This document shows, in pieces, positions 1 to 9,857 of a DNA stretch of 39,291 nucleotides (its first letter is position 1; every line of letters starts with the position of its first letter). The translations under genes were made by a program, and so were the position numbers. Source of the stretch: Nitrospiraceae bacterium (lineage in GTDB: Bacteria; Nitrospirota; Nitrospiria; Nitrospirales; UBA2166); assembly GCA_002726235.1 (NCBI GenBank), contig PBSN01000004.1, forward strand, positions 101,279 to 140,569, written 5' to 3'. The notes below the pieces were generated by a model, which saw only the letters and a program-made list of their open reading frames with translations, ran no database searches and had not been told where the DNA came from.

Positions 1-1
1 G

Positions 2-871
2 ATTGTGATCAAGTACGGTGGACGTGCGATGGTGGACCCAACTTTGAAGGAAGGTTTTGCGCGGGATGTGGTGTTGATGAAGTTTGTGGGGATGCACCCG
101 ATCGTTGTTCATGGGGGCGGGCCACAGATTGACGGGATGCTCAAAAGGGTTGGATTAGAACCGAAGTTTCGTCATGGGATCCGTGTGACGGATCAGGCAA
201 CCATGGATGTGGTTGAAATGGTGTTGGGGGGGACAATCAATAAGGAGATTGCCTCACTCATCAGTCGCCATGGGGGGCAAGGGGTTGGGTTAAGTGGCAA
301 GGATGGGAACCTGATATCGGCACGGCCATTGACAAAAAATGAATGGGTCAAACGCATTGGGCGAGGCGCCGGTTTCTTTGAAGGTAAAGAGAAGGAAAAA
401 CAACAACGGTCGAAAACTCAGATATCTGAGTCTGAATATGGCATGGTTGGTGATGTTGACAGAGTCGATGTCCAGGTGTTGAGCCGTCTACAGGAGAGGG
501 AGAGCCGGTCCATTCCGGTTATTGCACCGATTGCTTCAGGTATTGATGGGAAGGTCTATAACATCAATGCTGATAGTGTCGCGGGTGCCATCGCCAGCGC
601 CTTGACAGCCGAAAAGCTTCTTATGCTTACGGATGTCCAGGGCATTCATGGAGCAAACGGCCAGCGTCTTGCACACTTGTCCCGAAAGGATATTGGCCAG
701 TTGGTCAAAAAGGACATTCTCAAGGATGGCATGCTCCCAAAGGTTCACGCATGTCTTGCGGCTCTGGAGGGAGGCGTACGGAAAGCCCATATTATTGACG
801 GCCGAGTTTCGCACGCGCTGTTGTTGGAAATTTTTACGGATGAGGGAATTGGAACGGAGATTGTCGCGTAG
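2..871 (+). CDS. argB: Acetylglutamate kinase, 5'-truncated by window edge
   Basis: Frame open from window start (IVIKYGG). Motifs VVHGGGPQI, GLSGKDG, YNINAD, LTDV, GMLPKV, HIIDGRV.HALLLEIFTDEGIGT. Confidence 0.97.
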   Translation: MVIKYGGRAMVDPTLKEGFARDVVLMKFVGMHPIVVHGGGPQIDGMLKRVGLEPKFRHGIRVTDQATMDVVEMVLGGTINKEIASLISRHGGQGVGLSGKDGNLISARPLTKNEWVKRIGRGAGFFEGKEKEKQQRSKTQISESEYGMVGDVDRVDVQVLSRLQERESRSIPVIAPIASGIDGKVYNINADSVAGAIASALTAEKLLMLTDVQGIHGANGQRLAHLSRKDIGQLVKKDILKDGMLPKVHACLAALEGGVRKAHIIDGRVSHALLLEIFTDEGIGTEIVA

Positions 872-1087
872 TGTAGTGTTTCACGAGTCTCTTCCCTTTG
901 ATTGCTATTCTAGACTTAACCTGGAACCGATGGTTTGTGAACTGGATTTCCGTTTTCGTGAGCATGATGGCTTTGCGATTCACGTGAGGAAGCGTGAGGG
1001 CTGACACCCTAGATGAGGATGCTTATCGCGGCAGGGTTTTGTTTTTCTGCTGTCGTGAGGGTGGGGATGTTTGTTGGGTGACACATG

Positions 1088-1318
1088 TTACAGCTCGAGG
1101 CAGGTGGTGGTTTTTGTAATTCCTTCGACGCAACGGATTCGTGCAAGAGTTTCATCTCGTAACTCTTGAAGAGTTTCTACTTCGACTCTGACGATTAAGT
1201 CGTGGTCGCCACAGACCGTATAGACCTTCTGTACCCCAGTGATACGGCTCAAGGTTTGCTGACAGCTTCTGGTATGGTCGCCAACGACGTCAACGAGAAT
1301 AAATGCACCTAATGCCAT
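1088..1318 (-). CDS. Stand-alone Lrp/AsnC ligand-binding (RAM) domain protein
   Basis: 76 aa with pattern AFILV..GV.KVYTV.GDHDLIVRVE..L.E...L.RIR..EGI.KT.T. GGAGG SD 6 nt before ATG. No HTH. Confidence 0.85.
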   Translation of the reverse strand: MALGAFILVDVVGDHTRSCQQTLSRITGVQKVYTVCGDHDLIVRVEVETLQELRDETLARIRCVEGITKTTTCLEL

Positions 1319-1462
1319 GCCATGCCTCCCGCGCTGTGTAAAAGTTGTACTAGTAGGTATTACGCTAACAGGCGCGTAAATTTCGAGTCAAGAGAGGTGG
1401 CTCACAAAACGAATTGGGAAAAGCAGTTGGGATGGAATTAGGGCGGGGTTTAGTCATAAAAA

Positions 1463-2692
1463 ATGAGTTCTAAGAGCCATCAGACAACCGAACGGGCCAA
1501 ACTTGGATCACCAGCCATCGACGGCGAATTTTGCAATCTCCCGTTGGTTAAAAAGATGAGCGATGAGATTATGCGCAAGGGCCCGATTGACTTTGCGAAG
1601 TTCATGGCGATGGCCCTATACGATTCAGCATATGGCTATTATGAGTCGGGTGGCACTCTTGGATGGAAAGGTGATTTTTATACCAGTGAAGATCTCCATC
1701 CCATTTACGGCGAGATGCTTGGACGGCAGCTGATTGAGGCATCGGAGCTAATTGCCCATAATGGGCCTGTCACAATTGTAGAAATGGGGCCAGGAAGGGG
1801 AACGCTGTGTCGGGACATTCTCACGTTTCTTGGGCGCGAGATCCCCCAAATTCGGTCGAGACTTCGCTATGTGCTGATTGAGCGAAGCGCCAAGATGCTT
1901 GAGCACCAGCGCAATCTGCTGCGGCCTTTCTTGTCGGCGGGTTGGCCAGTATCGTGGTGTAGTGGACTCGCTACCTTCCTTCCGCAAGGAATTGAGGGGA
2001 TTATTTTCTCGAATGAACTTATCGACGCGTTTCCGGTCCACCGCATCATTATTCGCAACGGCCTGCTCAGAGAGTGTTTTGTGTCCTACGAGCATGACCG
2101 ATTTGTGGAGTGCGAAGGTGACCCATCCGTTGCGGTTGCGGATTATGTTCGACGTTTCATTTATGAGCAGGGGATTACGCTTGGGGAGGGAATGCGCACC
2201 GAGGTTAACTTGGACGCTGTTGATTGGATGCAATCAGTTGCTGGGGTGTTGAAGAAGGGTATTGTGATGACGGTTGACTATGGTTATCCTGCACATGAAT
2301 TGTACAGTTCTCAACGGTCCCATGGCACCTTGTTGTGCTATGTCCGGCATCGCATTTCAGACAATCCCTATACTGGTGTGGGGCATCAGGATATGACTGC
2401 TCATGTCAACTTTACTGCGTTGGCGACCGTGGGGCAGGACAGAGGGTTAGATGTGACGGGTTTTACCAATCAGCAAAGTTTTCTTCTTGGATTAGGCGTT
2501 GCAGAGAAAACCACTGAATCCAATGAGGAATTCATTGCTCGACTGATTCATCCTGAAGGCTTGGGGAGGACACATAAGGTGCTTATTCAGCATACTGGAA
2601 TGCCCCTTCCAGCCCTGTCGGGACTGAAATATCGGCCATTTTTCGATTCGTCTTTATTTGGTGAAGGTGGGGTGCATCATGTTGGTGGGTGA
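1463..2692 (+). CDS. SAM-dependent methyltransferase, MidA/NDUFAF7 family
   Basis: FAKFMAMALY..YGYY, GDFYTS, IVEMGPGRG, FSNELIDAFP, DYG, QDMTAHVNF motifs. Confidence 0.93.
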   Translation: MSSKSHQTTERAKLGSPAIDGEFCNLPLVKKMSDEIMRKGPIDFAKFMAMALYDSAYGYYESGGTLGWKGDFYTSEDLHPIYGEMLGRQLIEASELIAHNGPVTIVEMGPGRGTLCRDILTFLGREIPQIRSRLRYVLIERSAKMLEHQRNLLRPFLSAGWPVSWCSGLATFLPQGIEGIIFSNELIDAFPVHRIIIRNGLLRECFVSYEHDRFVECEGDPSVAVADYVRRFIYEQGITLGEGMRTEVNLDAVDWMQSVAGVLKKGIVMTVDYGYPAHELYSSQRSHGTLLCYVRHRISDNPYTGVGHQDMTAHVNFTALATVGQDRGLDVTGFTNQQSFLLGLGVAEKTTESNEEFIARLIHPEGLGRTHKVLIQHTGMPLPALSGLKYRPFFDSSLFGEGGVHHVGG

Positions 2693-3065
2693 AAGCATTC
2701 CGGTCAATTACGTACCGATTGCAATTTTTGCCATCATCGCGTTTGTCTTTGGGCTCGTCACGTTGACCGTTGGTCAACTCGTTCGCCCTTCTCACCCATA
2801 CCACGCAAAATTAAGCGTGTATGAAAGCGGTGCGACTGTTTTTTCTGATGCACGGGTGAAAATTCCGATGCGCTACTACGTGATCGCAATGTTGTTTGTG
2901 ATTTTTGATATCGAAGTGATCTTCTTGTACCCGTGGGCAGTCGTGTATGATACGCTCGGTGTCCTTGGTCTCGTGGAAATGGCTGTTTTTATTATGATTT
3001 TGCTCGTTGGATATGCGTACGCTTGGAAGAAGGGGGTTTTGGATTGGGACGAACTAGACGGCTGA
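2679..3065 (+). CDS. nuoA: NADH-quinone oxidoreductase subunit A
   Basis: [41 protein letters not shown] 2679 chosen, overlapping the methyltransferase end by 14 nt. Confidence 0.96.
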   Translation: MLVGESIPVNYVPIAIFAIIAFVFGLVTLTVGQLVRPSHPYHAKLSVYESGATVFSDARVKIPMRYYVIAMLFVIFDIEVIFLYPWAVVYDTLGVLGLVEMAVFIMILLVGYAYAWKKGVLDWDELDG

Positions 3066-3078
3066 GGAACTCATCATA

Positions 3079-3558
3079 ATGGGATACCTGAATCGACAAC
3101 TTGACGCCAATATCATCACCACAAACATTGATGCGGTCGTTAACTGGGCGAGAAAGTCGTCACTCTGGCCTATGAGCTTTGGGCTTGCGTGTTGTGCAAT
3201 CGAGATGATGGCAGCGGTGTCCTCACGTTACGATATGGATCGGTTTGGTGCGGGTGTGTTTCGTGCGTCCCCTCGGCAGGCAGATCTCATGATCGTTGCT
3301 GGTACCGTTTGTCGGAAGATGGCCCCAGTTATTCGGCGAATTTACGATCAAATGGCTGAGCCACGATATGTCATCTCTATGGGTTCGTGTGCGACGTCAG
3401 GAAACCACTATAACAGTTACAGTGTTGTCCAGGGGGTGGATCAATTCCTTCCGGTCGATGTCTATGTCCCGGGGTGCCCACCGCGGCCGGAGGCCCTGTT
3501 GGATGGCCTTCTCAAGTTACAACAGAAATTGCAGAAAGAACGCGTGCTGGTGAAATAA
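3079..3558 (+). CDS. nuoB: NADH-quinone oxidoreductase subunit B
   Basis: [39 protein letters not shown]. Confidence 0.98.
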   Translation: MGYLNRQLDANIITTNIDAVVNWARKSSLWPMSFGLACCAIEMMAAVSSRYDMDRFGAGVFRASPRQADLMIVAGTVCRKMAPVIRRIYDQMAEPRYVISMGSCATSGNHYNSYSVVQGVDQFLPVDVYVPGCPPRPEALLDGLLKLQQKLQKERVLVK

Positions 3559-3560
3559 AC

Positions 3561-5327
3561 ATGCATCCCGTTTGTGAAGCCGTCCAGAAGGTCTTTCCTG
3601 AAGTTGTGCTGGGCGTGAGTGTGGACTACCAGACACCTACGATTGAGGTTCATCGAGATGGCCTTATTTCCGTGGCGACATTTCTCAAGGAAAATAGTGA
3701 TTTGGACTTTAACCACATCACCGATATTTGTTCCGTCGATTATCCGGAAGACGATGAGCGGTTCGAGGTCGTATATTTTCTGCATTCGTTGCCACATCGA
3801 CAACGGGTAGTTATCAAGACTAAGTTGTTGGAAGCCGACCCTTCTGTCGAATCGGTTACTTCGATATGGCGGGGAGCAAACTTTTTGGAACGGGAAGTTT
3901 ATGACCTCATGGGCATTTGCTTTAAGAACCATCCGGGCCTTCGGCGGATCTTGCTTCCCGAGGATTATGATGAAGGGCACCCACTTAGAAAAGATTTTCC
4001 GACGGAAGGAAAAGGATGGCGTTGTTCATTTGACTTCTTTCCCGACCTTAACGAGCAACCGAGGTCCGAGATTGATCATGATGCGGCGGAACACGAACGG
4101 CAAGTGTTTGTGCGGTCAAATGGGGAAAGTGGTCATCGTGGGGTATCTGGTGGTCTGCAGCGCGAAGAAGAGTTTTTGCTCAATATGGGGCCGCAGCATC
4201 CGGCGACTCATGGCGTTCTGCGAGTTGTGCTTACGCTTGAGGGAGAGCGAATCGCCAAAGCCACCGTTGATGCGGGGTATCTTCACCGTGGCGTGGAGAA
4301 GTTAGCCGAAGGCCTCACCTACGGCCAGATCATACCGCATACCGACCGATTGGATTACGTCTGTGCTATGGCGAACAATTATGCCTATGTTCGATCGGTT
4401 GAGATGCTTCTTGGATTGGCGGTGCCTGATCGCTCAGAATACATTAGGACGATTGTTGCGGAAATGCAGCGGATTATTGGACATCTTTTTTGGCTCGGAA
4501 CTCAGGCTCTTGATATTGGCGCGATGACGGTCTTTTTCTGGACTTTCCGTGAGCGCGAAGAATTGTTGGATATGTTCGAGGTGCTTTGTGGCGCGCGGCT
4601 GACGCTGAACTATTTTCGCGTTGGAGGAGTTGATAGAGACTTCAAACCTGACCTTGTGGCACGATTGTCACGCTTTCTCGATGCGTTCCCAAGCCATATC
4701 GATGAATATGACATCCTGTTGGCAAATAATCGAATTTGGCTTGCTCGAACCAAAGACGTTGCCGTGATTTCCGCGGAAGACGCGATCAATTTTGGCTTAA
4801 CCGGTCCGGTGATTCGAGGATCAGGTGTTGCATATGATGTGCGAAAATTCAGTCCGTACGGTGCTTATGGGGATGTTGAGTGGGATGTTCCGGTCGGAAA
4901 GTGCGGTGATACCTATGATCGCTATTGGGTTCGGATGGAGGAGATGAGGCAGTGTTGTCGAATCATCCGACAGTGCCTCGATCGACTTCCGAATGGTCCA
5001 ATTATGGCTGATGCGCCCGACATTGTTCCGCCACCTAAGGAAAACGTCATGCGGGATATGCAAAGCCATATTCACCATTTTGTTTTGTTCACTCACGGGT
5101 TTCATCCTCCGGCCGGTGCTGTCTACTGTCCCACCGAGTCGCCAAAAGGTGAACTCGGATTCTATATTGTCAGTGATGGGAGTGCGCGTCCATACCGAAT
5201 GAAAATTCGATCACCTTCGTTTATCCACTTGGGAGCGCTTGATCACATGTCGAGAGGGTACTTAGTATCAGACCTTGTTACTGTGTTTGGAACATATGAC
5301 GTGGTGATGGGAGAGTGTGATCGCTAG
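3561..5327 (+). CDS. nuoCD: NADH-quinone oxidoreductase fused subunit C/D
   Basis: NuoC motifs EREVYDLMG..F.NHP.LRRIL, GHPLRKDFP. NuoD motifs NMGPQHPATHGVLR, GYLHRGVEK, DRLDY, ESPKGE, GECDR. ATG 3561 directly after nuoB. Confidence 0.97.
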   Translation: MHPVCEAVQKVFPEVVLGVSVDYQTPTIEVHRDGLISVATFLKENSDLDFNHITDICSVDYPEDDERFEVVYFLHSLPHRQRVVIKTKLLEADPSVESVTSIWRGANFLEREVYDLMGICFKNHPGLRRILLPEDYDEGHPLRKDFPTEGKGWRCSFDFFPDLNEQPRSEIDHDAAEHERQVFVRSNGESGHRGVSGGLQREEEFLLNMGPQHPATHGVLRVVLTLEGERIAKATVDAGYLHRGVEKLAEGLTYGQIIPHTDRLDYVCAMANNYAYVRSVEMLLGLAVPDRSEYIRTIVAEMQRIIGHLFWLGTQALDIGAMTVFFWTFREREELLDMFEVLCGARLTLNYFRVGGVDRDFKPDLVARLSRFLDAFPSHIDEYDILLANNRIWLARTKDVAVISAEDAINFGLTGPVIRGSGVAYDVRKFSPYGAYGDVEWDVPVGKCGDTYDRYWVRMEEMRQCCRIIRQCLDRLPNGPIMADAPDIVPPPKENVMRDMQSHIHHFVLFTHGFHPPAGAVYCPTESPKGELGFYIVSDGSARPYRMKIRSPSFIHLGALDHMSRGYLVSDLVTVFGTYDVVMGECDR

Positions 5328-5339
5328 ACGGATGTTGGT

Positions 5340-7175
5340 ATGTTCTCCGCTGAAGCAAAAAAACAGATTTCCACCATTCTGAAACGTTATCCGATCAAAG
5401 CGTCTGCCCTTCTTCCACTACTGAATCTTGCTCAAGAGGAAGAGGGTTCGGTGTCTGAGGACAGTATGCGTGAGATTGCCAAGTTGCTTGATCTCACGCC
5501 TCCCAAGGTGTACGAGGTTGCCACCTTTTACACAATGTTGAATCTTAAACCGATTGGCCGGTTCCATCTTCAGGTGTGCAAATCCTTGATGTGTGCTCTG
5601 GGAGGATCGGAGACATTGCTCCAGTGGATTTATAAGGAATTAGGGATTAAACCCGGTGAAACTACGCAAGACGGCATGTTTACCCTGAGCACGGTTGAGT
5701 GTCTCGCTTCGTGTGGAACGGCACCGATGATGCAGGTGAATAATGATTACTTCGAACGCCTGACACACGAAAAGGTTCGTCAGATTTTTGAGGATCTTCG
5801 GACCGCCGGGAAATGCTTGCTTGCAACTGGACCCTTTCGGTGGCCAGAACCAGTTGGATTAATGACGGCATTTGAGAGAGTCCTGCTGAAGAATATGGAT
5901 ATGCCAGGCTATTCTGGATCATTGAAGGACTATGAAGGAGCTGGTGGCTATAAGGCTATTCAGGCTGTCCTTGGGAAGATGAAGCCAGGCGATCTCATTG
6001 ATATCGTCAAACGATCTGGTTTGCGTGGGCGCGGAGGAGCAGGGTTTCCAACAGGCGTCAAATGGGGGTTTATTCCGAAAGACTCTCCGGGATCGAAATA
6101 TTTGTGTTGTAACGCTGATGAGAGTGAGCCTGGAACGTTTAAAGACCGCCAGCTTATAGAACGTGATCCTCACCAAATGCTTGAGGGCGTTATTCTTGGG
6201 TGTTATGCGATAGGGGCAAAGGTCAGCTACATCTATATTCGTGGTGAGTTTATTCTTGGGGCAAAGATTCTGGAGAAGGCGCTTGCCGAGGCCTACAAAG
6301 CAGGATATTTGGGTATGAATATCTTGGGTTCCGGCTTCGATCTTGATGTGTATGTCCATCGAGGGGCGGGAGCCTACATCTGTGGCGAGGAAACTGCCTT
6401 GCTGGAATCTCTTGAAGGTAAGCGAGGAAAACCACGAACCAAACCGCCTTTTCCGGCAATCTCTGGACTGTATGGAAAGCCGACGGTCATTAATAATGTC
6501 GAGACCCTGTCAAACATCCCACATATTGTAAATCGAGGGCCGGAGTGGTTTATGTCCATCGGTTCACCGCCGAAGAGTCCAGGGACAAGGATATTTTCTC
6601 TCAGTGGGCATATAGCACGGCCTGGAAATTATGAAGTTCCCATGGGGATTACCATACGGGAGATGCTTGAAGACTGTGGGGGAGGAATGCGAGATGGGAA
6701 GAAACTCAAAGCCATTATCCCTGGAGGGGCCTCCGCTGCTTTCCTGACCGAGAAACACCTCGATGCCAAACTAGATTTCGAGGGGATTGCCAACGCAGAA
6801 TCAATGCTGGGATCAGGCGCGATCACCTTTATGAATGAAGATACATGTATGGTGTGGGCGGCAGAGCGACTCCTAGAGTTTTTTCACCACGAATCATGTG
6901 GCAAGTGTACTCCATGTCGTGAAGGGAGCATGTGGTTGCTTCAAATCCTTCATCGAATAGAGTCAGGGCAGGGAAGAAATGAAGATCTTGATCTTCTGTC
7001 AAGGTTATGCGGCAATATTACAGGACAAACCGTTTGTGCCTTTGGCGATGCTGAAATTGCGCCGATTATCAGTACGCTCAAACATTTTCGACATGAATAT
7101 GAGGCGCATATTCGAGATGGACATTGTCCGTATCGCAGTAAACACGTAGCATTGGTCGGTATCGGAACCTCGTAG
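5340..7175 (+). CDS. nuoEF: Fused NADH-quinone oxidoreductase subunits E and F
   Basis: Residues 1-174 are NuoE (VATFY, CKSLMC, ECLASC). From Met175 (nt 5862) NuoF (GLRGRGGAGFPTG, NADESEPG, YICGEETAL, CGKCTPCREG, C). No stop between them. Confidence 0.93.
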   Translation: MFSAEAKKQISTILKRYPIKASALLPLLNLAQEEEGSVSEDSMREIAKLLDLTPPKVYEVATFYTMLNLKPIGRFHLQVCKSLMCALGGSETLLQWIYKELGIKPGETTQDGMFTLSTVECLASCGTAPMMQVNNDYFERLTHEKVRQIFEDLRTAGKCLLATGPFRWPEPVGLMTAFERVLLKNMDMPGYSGSLKDYEGAGGYKAIQAVLGKMKPGDLIDIVKRSGLRGRGGAGFPTGVKWGFIPKDSPGSKYLCCNADESEPGTFKDRQLIERDPHQMLEGVILGCYAIGAKVSYIYIRGEFILGAKILEKALAEAYKAGYLGMNILGSGFDLDVYVHRGAGAYICGEETALLESLEGKRGKPRTKPPFPAISGLYGKPTVINNVETLSNIPHIVNRGPEWFMSIGSPPKSPGTRIFSLSGHIARPGNYEVPMGITIREMLEDCGGGMRDGKKLKAIIPGGASAAFLTEKHLDAKLDFEGIANAESMLGSGAITFMNEDTCMVWAAERLLEFFHHESCGKCTPCREGSMWLLQILHRIESGQGRNEDLDLLSRLCGNITGQTVCAFGDAEIAPIISTLKHFRHEYEAHIRDGHCPYRSKHVALVGIGTS

Positions 7176-7190
7176 GGACTCTAACCCAAT

Positions 7191-9854
7191 ATGGAACACG
7201 TAAAGCTCACAATTGATAATCGCGAAGTCGAAGTTGAGCAGGGTACGCTTGTCATTGAAGCTGCCCGCGAGCTTGGTATCGATATTCCCCATTTCTGCTA
7301 TCACCCTAAGCTTGGGTATGATGCGAATTGCCGGATGTGTCATGTCGAGATCGAGAAAAGTCCAAAACTTCAGGCTTCTTGCAGTGTTCCTGTCACCGAT
7401 GGCATGGTTGTTCATACTGATACCGCGCGTGTGAACGAATCACACAAATCTGTGCTTGAATTTATTCTCGCGAATCATCCGCTTGACTGCCCAGTCTGTG
7501 ATCAGGGAGGACGTTGTGATCTACAAGATTACTCCCATCGATACACTCCGACGGTCAGCCGTTTTGAAGACGTGAAGCGGGTATTTGATAAAGAATATTT
7601 TGGTCCGGTTATTGAAAAACAGATGAACCGTTGTGTGTCTTGTATGCGCTGTGTGCGGTATTGCGACAATGTCATTGATGCTAAAGCGTTGGCGTCCACT
7701 GGACGTGGGTCGTCGAGTGAGATCAAACACTTCGGATCCCATCAGTTGGATTGTGAATTTTGTGGAGGATGTGTGCAGATCTGTCCCGTTGGGGCGTTTA
7801 CCAATCGCGTGTCCATGTTCGATTATCGGCCATGGATGTTGAAACGTACGGACACGACGTGTGGCTATTGCGGCGATGGTTGTCAACTGACGTTTCAGAC
7901 GCGAGATCAGCAATCTGCAGCCAACACCATTATTGAAGTTCAGTCATTCCACGGTACTGGCCGCAATAATGGTGACCTATGTGCTCGGGGTTATTTTGGA
8001 TTTGGTTTTGCCAATCACGAAGCGCGCCTCACCCATCCATTGATTAAACGTGACGGCACTCATGTCCAGGTTACTTGGGAAGAGGCATTGGAGTACGCGG
8101 CAGAGAGGCTTGTAGCAATCAAAGAACAACATGGTTCTGATGCGGTCGCTGGTTTGGCATCAGCACGGCTTACGAACGAAGATCTGTATGTGTTCCAAAA
8201 ATTCATGCGCATGTCAATTGGGACGAATCAGGTTGATTCTTCCGTTCGCTATGGCCACATTAATGCTGCGATGGCCATGGGGATAGTCCAGGGGACCACG
8301 CGCTGGACGGTCACCTATGAAGATATTGTTAAGGCTCATACGATTTTGCTGTTGGGAACAAAGATCACGGACACGAATCCCATCGTTGGGCTCAAAGTGA
8401 AGGAAGCCGTCAAGAAGGGTGGAGCTCAGTTGATTACCGTTGAGTCGACGGTGCCGGTTATTCAAACCATAAGCAATATTACAAATCTGGCTTCGCTTCA
8501 TCTGCAAGCCGATCCCATCGCCTATGGGGCTGTGGTCCAGGGGCTAGTCAATACCGTTCTTGATGATGGGTTGGTTAATGCAGAGATTCAAATCCGCTAT
8601 CCGCAGTACATCGAACGATTGAAGCAAGCTACCACGGCATTGTCTTTGCGCGATTGTGCACAGGTTTCAGGGGTATCTGCTGCTCAGATCAAAGTAGCAG
8701 CCAAGGTGTTTGCCGAATCCCCTAAATGTATTGTGCTTATGGGTCAGGGAGTGCTTCGCTCGCCGGGAGCGTTTGAGACCACTCTTAATGTCTTTGACCT
8801 TCTCCTTCTCACCGGGAAGCTTGACCAAGAAGGATCTGGTTTGGCCGTCCTGACCGAAGAAAATAATGAGCAGGGTGCACTTGAGATGGGGGTCGTTCCA
8901 GAGTATCTTCCTGGGCCTTCCGACCGGATGAGCGACACAGCAAAGCAAGTGATTCAAACACAGTGGGGTGTTGAACCAGCAACTGGCCTTGGGTTAAGGC
9001 TTCCAGAGATTATTGAAGCTGCTCGAGATGGCAGTGTCAAAGCAATGTATATCGTAGGCGAAAACCCAATTGAAAGCTTGCCGCCGTCGGTCAAGGTTCG
9101 AGATGCGCTCAATCATCTGGATCTTCTTATCTGCCACGAATTGTTTATGACTGAAACTGCAAAATGTGCGGATATCATATTCCCTGCGTGCAGTTATGCC
9201 GAAAAAGATGGAACTTTTACCAATTCCGAAGGTGTCGTTCAAAAAGTGTGCCGTGCTTTAGATCCGATCGGTGAGAGTCATCCGGATTGGGAAATACTCG
9301 TTCAGGTCTCGAATTTTATGAACGTTTCGATGGAATATGGGTCAGTAAAAGATGTTCAAGATGAAATCAGCAGGGTTCAATCTTCGGCGCGAAAGACTGC
9401 GAAGCTAGACCGGAAGGTTCTTGATCGGTATATCGAATGTGAAACCTCAAACCCTAGGGTCGATTCTCGATATGTGGTCGAAAAACCCAAGCCACGCGAT
9501 GGTCGACCACTAATTCTAACGGTTGGCCAAAGTCTTTTCCATTCCGGTAAAATGTCAACATTTGCCAGTGGGTTAAAGGCAATACAGACTGTAGGTGCTC
9601 TTATGATGCATCCTGATGATGGGGAGAAATATGGTGTGATGGATGGGAGTTTGGTGAAGATGGAGTCCGAGCATGGTGAAGCCGTCATTCCGGTTAAGTT
9701 TAATGAACGATACCCACAGGGGACGGTCTTTTTCCCTGAACATTTTAGTGGAGCTATTGGAGCGGTATTATCAATGACGATTGATTCCACAACAAACGCG
9801 CCGTATTTTGGTTCCGCTTATGTATCAATCGCACCATCTGTTTCCGGGGCATAA
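7191..9854 (+). CDS. nuoG: NADH-quinone oxidoreductase subunit G (long, molybdopterin-oxidoreductase fold)
   Basis: IPHFCYHP, CRMC, HPLDCPVCDQGGRCDLQ, CVSCMRCVRYC, CEFCGGCVQICP, CGYCGDGC. Lies between nuoF and nuoH. Confidence 0.93.
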   Translation: MEHVKLTIDNREVEVEQGTLVIEAARELGIDIPHFCYHPKLGYDANCRMCHVEIEKSPKLQASCSVPVTDGMVVHTDTARVNESHKSVLEFILANHPLDCPVCDQGGRCDLQDYSHRYTPTVSRFEDVKRVFDKEYFGPVIEKQMNRCVSCMRCVRYCDNVIDAKALASTGRGSSSEIKHFGSHQLDCEFCGGCVQICPVGAFTNRVSMFDYRPWMLKRTDTTCGYCGDGCQLTFQTRDQQSAANTIIEVQSFHGTGRNNGDLCARGYFGFGFANHEARLTHPLIKRDGTHVQVTWEEALEYAAERLVAIKEQHGSDAVAGLASARLTNEDLYVFQKFMRMSIGTNQVDSSVRYGHINAAMAMGIVQGTTRWTVTYEDIVKAHTILLLGTKITDTNPIVGLKVKEAVKKGGAQLITVESTVPVIQTISNITNLASLHLQADPIAYGAVVQGLVNTVLDDGLVNAEIQIRYPQYIERLKQATTALSLRDCAQVSGVSAAQIKVAAKVFAESPKCIVLMGQGVLRSPGAFETTLNVFDLLLLTGKLDQEGSGLAVLTEENNEQGALEMGVVPEYLPGPSDRMSDTAKQVIQTQWGVEPATGLGLRLPEIIEAARDGSVKAMYIVGENPIESLPPSVKVRDALNHLDLLICHELFMTETAKCADIIFPACSYAEKDGTFTNSEGVVQKVCRALDPIGESHPDWEILVQVSNFMNVSMEYGSVKDVQDEISRVQSSARKTAKLDRKVLDRYIECETSNPRVDSRYVVEKPKPRDGRPLILTVGQSLFHSGKMSTFASGLKAIQTVGALMMHPDDGEKYGVMDGSLVKMESEHGEAVIPVKFNERYPQGTVFFPEHFSGAIGAVLSMTIDSTTNAPYFGSAYVSIAPSVSGA

Positions 9855-9857
9855 CCA

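Noticed and set aside
872..1087. Possible IS-end-like or structured sequence after argB (TAGTGTAGTGTTTCACG ... GACACCCTAG)
   Set aside because: No convincing inverted partner, target duplication or transposase.
7191..9854. Formate dehydrogenase alpha or selenoprotein call for the long NuoG
   Set aside because: No in-frame TGA, the Mo-ligand position is Gly, and the operon position is that of nuoG.
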